Part shown: positions 7,539-10,812 of the stretch, piece by piece
Position numbering within the stretch: the stretch's first letter is position 1
How the letters are laid out: each line of letters starts with the position of its first letter
Origin: Candidatus Altiarchaeota archaeon
Lineage (GTDB): Archaea > Altiarchaeota > Altiarchaeia > IMC4 > SCGC-AAA252-I15
DNA: 10,812 bases
Direction of reading: 5' to 3'
Assembly (NCBI GenBank): GCA_043800705.1
Contig: JAZDMS010000032.1
Span: forward strand, 1-10,812
The notes under the pieces: generated by a model
What the model saw: only the letters and a program-made list of their open reading frames with translations
What the model was told of the DNA's origin: nothing
Database searches by the model: none
Translations under genes and position numbers: made by a program

Positions 7539-9068
7539 CTATTTTTTGTCGAATGCCTCCGTGGGCGGCCGCGACTTGCCGGTGCTTTTTAGAATCGGAT
7601 TGCTTTTATCCCAGGAATCATCCAAGATGATATAACCCGATTCTGACAGTTTCATCGCGTGCTGGGCAAGTTTGACCCTGCTGACCTTCAGCCTTTCAGC
7701 GGCTTCATCGAAATGTATCGGATTATTGGATGTTAAGGTTAAGAGACCGTCTATTATGGCAGGTTCTATGTCCTTCACCTCTGAGAGTAAAAGGTTCTCC
7801 CAGGCCTTGTCGATAGCCCTCCCCTTATGCTGATGTTTGACGGAATCTTCTTTGGGTAGAGGTTTAATTTTCAGATTGATGATGAAAAAGGACGCAAACA
7901 ACAGGATAACCACGAACAAAATCAAAAAACCCCTTTTCGCCGTTTCGATGGCGCTCTTGTCCTTTTTTCCCGTGCTATTCTCTTTTTCGTCGGTGTCGCC
8001 TTGGTCCTTCGTTTTAGCGTCAATTTTCGCTTTTTTGATCGCCTCCGGGTAGTAATCATTGGATGTGGTAAAGACCGATATTTTGCCGTTCGGCTGGGCC
8101 ATCACAACCTCCAGCAGCCCATCCCGGTTGAGGTCTGCGGCAATTACCCCCACACACTTTGGCTTTGCCACCCCCAATACCGTGATTTTTCCGGAGCCGA
8201 CATTCAGGAAATCCAAAGTGTCGTCGTCTGAGCAGAATAAAATTTCCCTTAATCCGTCCCGGTCCAGGTCCGCAGCTATCGGGGGCGACCTGACGATAAT
8301 CGATGGCGAAATATTTACCTGCGAAGCACCCATACCCGGAACATCAGGCATGCGGGTGGATTTATTGGATCCGAACCGTACGATATAAGGGTTCCCGTCC
8401 ACTTCGCTTATTGCCGGTACCTCGGGATAAACCCCTTTGTAAACGCGATAATTCCCCATTCCCTCCAGATCGGCCACGACATCGAACCCGAGGGCGACAC
8501 CCATCACCCTAAGCTCTTCCTCGCCGTATTTTCTAGGTATTCCATCCAAGTTAACCGCCACCGAGTCAAATAGTATTTCAGGTGATTCGTCACCGCGAAT
8601 GTTTACCACGGATATGGAAGTCGAGTATACATTATTCAATGAATTAAAGGCCATTTTAAGGTCGCCGTTTGAATCAAGAACGCTTAGTTTCCCATCGGCT
8701 GTGACGAATGTTATGAAACTTTTCCCGCTTAACCACCGGCCTATTGCAGCCGGGGAGGATATGACGTTTCCGGCATTATAGGACCACATTTCGTCTCCGT
8801 TGAAACTCAATGCCTTCACAACACCATCCAAGGTCGTATAAACAACCTCAAGCTTGCCGTCGTCGTTTATGTCGGCTGCTACGGGGGGGTATTGGATTTT
8901 ATAGGGCGAATAGTAGACCCATTCGACGTGGGGGGAGGTGCTATTGAGGTCCATGACTCCTTTTGTGCTGCCCGAATGGGCCGGATCATGCTGGTACATC
9001 GGCCAGTCCTGGGCGGACGCCAGCAATGAGAGTAACAGCAAGGCTGATAAGACCGGTGTAAATCGCAT
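7539..9068 (-). CDS. Type I membrane protein: signal peptide, PQQ/FG-GAP(VCBS)-like beta-propeller, TM helix and C-terminal winged-HTH-like domain
   Basis: Signal peptide MRFTPVLSALLLLSLLASA-Q. BamB/PQQ-like start WPMYQHDPAHSG. Ca-binding-type repeats AADINDDGKLEVV, AADLDRDGLREIL and AADLNRDGLLEVV. TM GFLILFVVILLFASFFIINL. HTH-like IHFDEAAERLKVSRVKLAQHAMKLSESGYIIL. Confidence 0.85.
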   Translation of the reverse strand: MRFTPVLSALLLLSLLASAQDWPMYQHDPAHSGSTKGVMDLNSTSPHVEWVYYSPYKIQYPPVAADINDDGKLEVVYTTLDGVVKALSFNGDEMWSYNAGNVISSPAAIGRWLSGKSFITFVTADGKLSVLDSNGDLKMAFNSLNNVYSTSISVVNIRGDESPEILFDSVAVNLDGIPRKYGEEELRVMGVALGFDVVADLEGMGNYRVYKGVYPEVPAISEVDGNPYIVRFGSNKSTRMPDVPGMGASQVNISPSIIVRSPPIAADLDRDGLREILFCSDDDTLDFLNVGSGKITVLGVAKPKCVGVIAADLNRDGLLEVVMAQPNGKISVFTTSNDYYPEAIKKAKIDAKTKDQGDTDEKENSTGKKDKSAIETAKRGFLILFVVILLFASFFIINLKIKPLPKEDSVKHQHKGRAIDKAWENLLLSEVKDIEPAIIDGLLTLTSNNPIHFDEAAERLKVSRVKLAQHAMKLSESGYIILDDSWDKSNPILKSTGKSRPPTEAFDKK

Positions 9069-9106
9069 AATACCACTTGAAAATATAGATTAAAATAAAG
9101 GGTTCT

Positions 9107-9299
9107 TCTTAGATTTTGGTGGGGTTTTCCCCTTCAAATCGCGCTAATCCCTGATTTGAGGCATCACCACCCTGGATTTACCCGCGGGCTTAGACCCTCC
9201 CGAAAACAAAGTTAACTTCATAGTGTTTTCAGGGCATATCCCTAATTTCAGGTAATTATGGCCTGATTAGTGGGCCTAGGACTTGCCTAAAATCTAAGA
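9107..9299. other. Structured noncoding element bounded by an 11-bp perfect inverted repeat (candidate ncRNA, leader or MITE)
   Basis: TCTTAGATTTT (9107-9117) and AAAATCTAAGA (9289-9299) enclose several nested hairpins found by eye (see findings). Confidence 0.45.
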
Positions 9300-9402
9300 T
9301 GTGCCAAATAAAGTGAAACTTGAGCCGTTTGAGAGGTGGTTGTGCTGTTTAATCCATCAATTCATGGTTAACAGGCCCGGTTTTTCGGGACGATGGGATT
9401 TG

Positions 9403-10080
9403 CTACGAAACCGTCAAGGTCCCCGATGATTCGAACTTTACAGGCTTGTCTGAGTTGTTGAGCCTGTCTAGCTGATTCACTAGATTCTTTTTGAATTCTA
9501 TCTGCTGGTTTTTCGAAAGACCGTTGATCGGCAACGGCCCCGTCGAGGAGGATTCCGCCAGGGCCTTCGATTTGAGGGAGGTAACGGCCGAAATGTTCAC
9601 AGTAATGCGCGTCATCCTTTTTTCACCCATCTGTCCGCATCCGGCGGCTGTCACGCTGAATTTTTCTCCTGAAGCCACCGTAAGTGGCAATTTCGTGGTA
9701 AGTAGGCATTTGTTTCCACCAATTTTTTCGACCTCAATGCCCGTTATTTTGACCTCGCTATTTGCGCTGTTTATGAACCTCAACGTCGCTTCGCCGGCTG
9801 CAGGATTCAATGTCGATCCAATATCGGGGACTAGAATGATGAAGTTCGTGGGTAGGGGCTTCGGCTGGGGGCTCATGAGGTTCAGGTTGATGAACGAGCG
9901 GGCCGTGTCGAAGAGTCCGAGTTGCCAGACAACCAATAGGAGAAGGACAAGTGTTATGATAAGATTCGTGATGTTTGATCTCTTTCGTTCCTCTCTCCCA
10001 GGCGGGGTTTTCATTTGAGGCTCCGCCTTCCCAAGCGGGTCTGCTTCTTTCCGGACGGAATCGGCTGCCAGGTCAGTCAT
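9403..10080 (-). CDS. Single-pass membrane protein resembling archaeal type IV pilin-like proteins (no canonical prepilin cleavage motif)
   Basis: Charged N-terminus, one TM ending VVWQLGLF, then a beta-rich domain (ATLRFINSANSEVKITGIEV, Cys pair, TVASGEKFSVT, terminal SSGTLTVS). SD-like GAGGA upstream. Confidence 0.7.
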   Translation of the reverse strand: MTDLAADSVRKEADPLGKAEPQMKTPPGREERKRSNITNLIITLVLLLLVVWQLGLFDTARSFINLNLMSPQPKPLPTNFIILVPDIGSTLNPAAGEATLRFINSANSEVKITGIEVEKIGGNKCLLTTKLPLTVASGEKFSVTAAGCGQMGEKRMTRITVNISAVTSLKSKALAESSSTGPLPINGLSKNQQIEFKKNLVNQLDRLNNSDKPVKFESSGTLTVS

Positions 10081-10146
10081 TAAGACATCCTCGGGATTTT
10101 ATTTATTGGGTTGATCATTTTTCCGGTTTATTGGCATTTTGGTCGT

Positions 10147-10812
10147 TTACGGGTATCCGTTGCATATCCCGGCGGTGCAGGGAACCTCATCCCCCAGATA
10201 TGCATTGCCTGGCCCATATGGGGGGACGGCAGTCGGATCTCCGTTGGCGCATAAGTACTGCGTTACGTACTTGCACACATGCGGGGGGAAGGAACCTTTT
10301 ATACAACAGGCCCCGTTGGGGGGGATTATCGTCGTAGTGGTTGTAGTGGTGGTCGTAGTTGTGGTCGTAGTGGTCGTAGTCGTAGTAGTCGTCGTAGTAG
10401 TCGTAGTCGTAGTCGTAGTCGTAGTCGTTGTTGTAGTAGTCGTAGTCGTAGCAGTCGTAGTAGTCGTTGTGGTCGTAGTCGTAGTAGTAGTAGTCGTAGT
10501 AGCAGTCGTAGTAGTCGTAGTCGTTGTTGTAGTCGTCGTAGTCATAGTCGTAGTAGTAGTCGTCGTAGTAGTAGTCGTCGTAGTAGCAGTCGTAGTAGTC
10601 GTAGTAGTAGTAGTCGTAGTAGTAGTAGCAGTCGTAGTAGTCGTTGTAGTCGTTGTAGTCATAGTCGTAGTAGTAGTAGTCGTAGTAGTAGTAGTCGTAG
10701 TAGCAGTCGTAGTCGTTGTTGTAGTCGTTGTGGTCATAGTCGTAGTAGTCGTAGTCGTAGTAGTCGTTGTAGCAGTCGTAGTAGTCGTAGTCGTTGTTGT
10801 AGTCGTTGTGGT
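10147..10812 (-). CDS. C-terminal part of a surface/secreted protein with a poly-Thr stalk and Cys-rich GACC module (5' end outside the window)
   Basis: The frame is open from the window end (ACC at 10812-10810) to TAA at 10147. The ATG at 10737 in the ORF track is an internal Met. It ends in GACCIKG...C...C...YLGDEVPCTAGIC. Confidence 0.85.
   Translation of the reverse strand, partial: TTTTTTTTTTTTTATTTTTTTTTTTMTTTTTTTTTTATTTTTTTTTTTTTMTTTTTTTTTTATTTTTTTTTTTTTATTTTTTTTTTTTTMTTTTTTTTTTTTTATTTTTTTTTTTTTTTTATTTTTTTTTTTTTTTTTTTTTTTTTTTTTTTTTTTTTTTTIIPPNGACCIKGSFPPHVCKYVTQYLCANGDPTAVPPYGPGNAYLGDEVPCTAGICNGYP
10330..10812 (-). repeat. Coding trinucleotide (ACN)n low-complexity repeat encoding poly-Thr
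   Basis: 161 codons: 152 Thr, 6 Ala (all GCT) and 3 Met. Dominated by ACT/ACG. Runs off the window end. Confidence 0.95.

Noticed and set aside
7393-7635. 80-aa plus-strand ORF with TTG start
   Set aside because: Overlaps the 3' end of the propeller gene antisense, and has no SD or recognisable motif.
9274-9290. Minus-strand TAGGCAAGTCC resembling RNase P RNA CR-I (GAGGAAAGUCC)
   Set aside because: There is no matching CR-V/P4 partner sequence, and the element is too short and AT-rich.
10099-10137. 12-codon upstream ORF in frame with the pilin-like gene, and a duplicated TTTATTGG (10102-10109, 10127-10134)
   Set aside because: Too short to distinguish from chance. The ATG at 10080 has its own SD-like GAGGA.
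10330-10812. Possible CRISPR array or telomere-like repeat
   Set aside because: No repeat-spacer structure. Variation is almost confined to third codon positions of a Thr reading frame.

Overview
Archaeal genomic window in two parts. The left part (1-~6500, spot-counted GC about 60%) is housekeeping. It holds the 5' end of an MCM helicase gene (not in the ORF track) and, divergent from it, a tightly coupled operon: XRE-HTH regulator, HMG-CoA synthase, acetoacetyl-CoA thiolase and DUF35 scaffold (upper mevalonate pathway). On the minus strand follow an MgtC/SapB membrane protein, archaeal SAM synthetase and RadA. The right part (~6650-10812, spot-counted GC about 42-45%) is a co-oriented minus-strand set of uncharacterised envelope genes. 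These are a partial protein with a near-pure poly-Thr stalk and a Cys-rich GACC tip module, a degenerate pilin-like protein, a signal peptide/FG-GAP propeller/TM/winged-HTH protein and a multi-pass membrane protein. A hairpin-dense noncoding element closed by a perfect 11-bp inverted repeat lies among them. The poly-Thr linker, pilin style and wHTH type suggest an Altiarchaeota/DPANN-like lineage (inference only).
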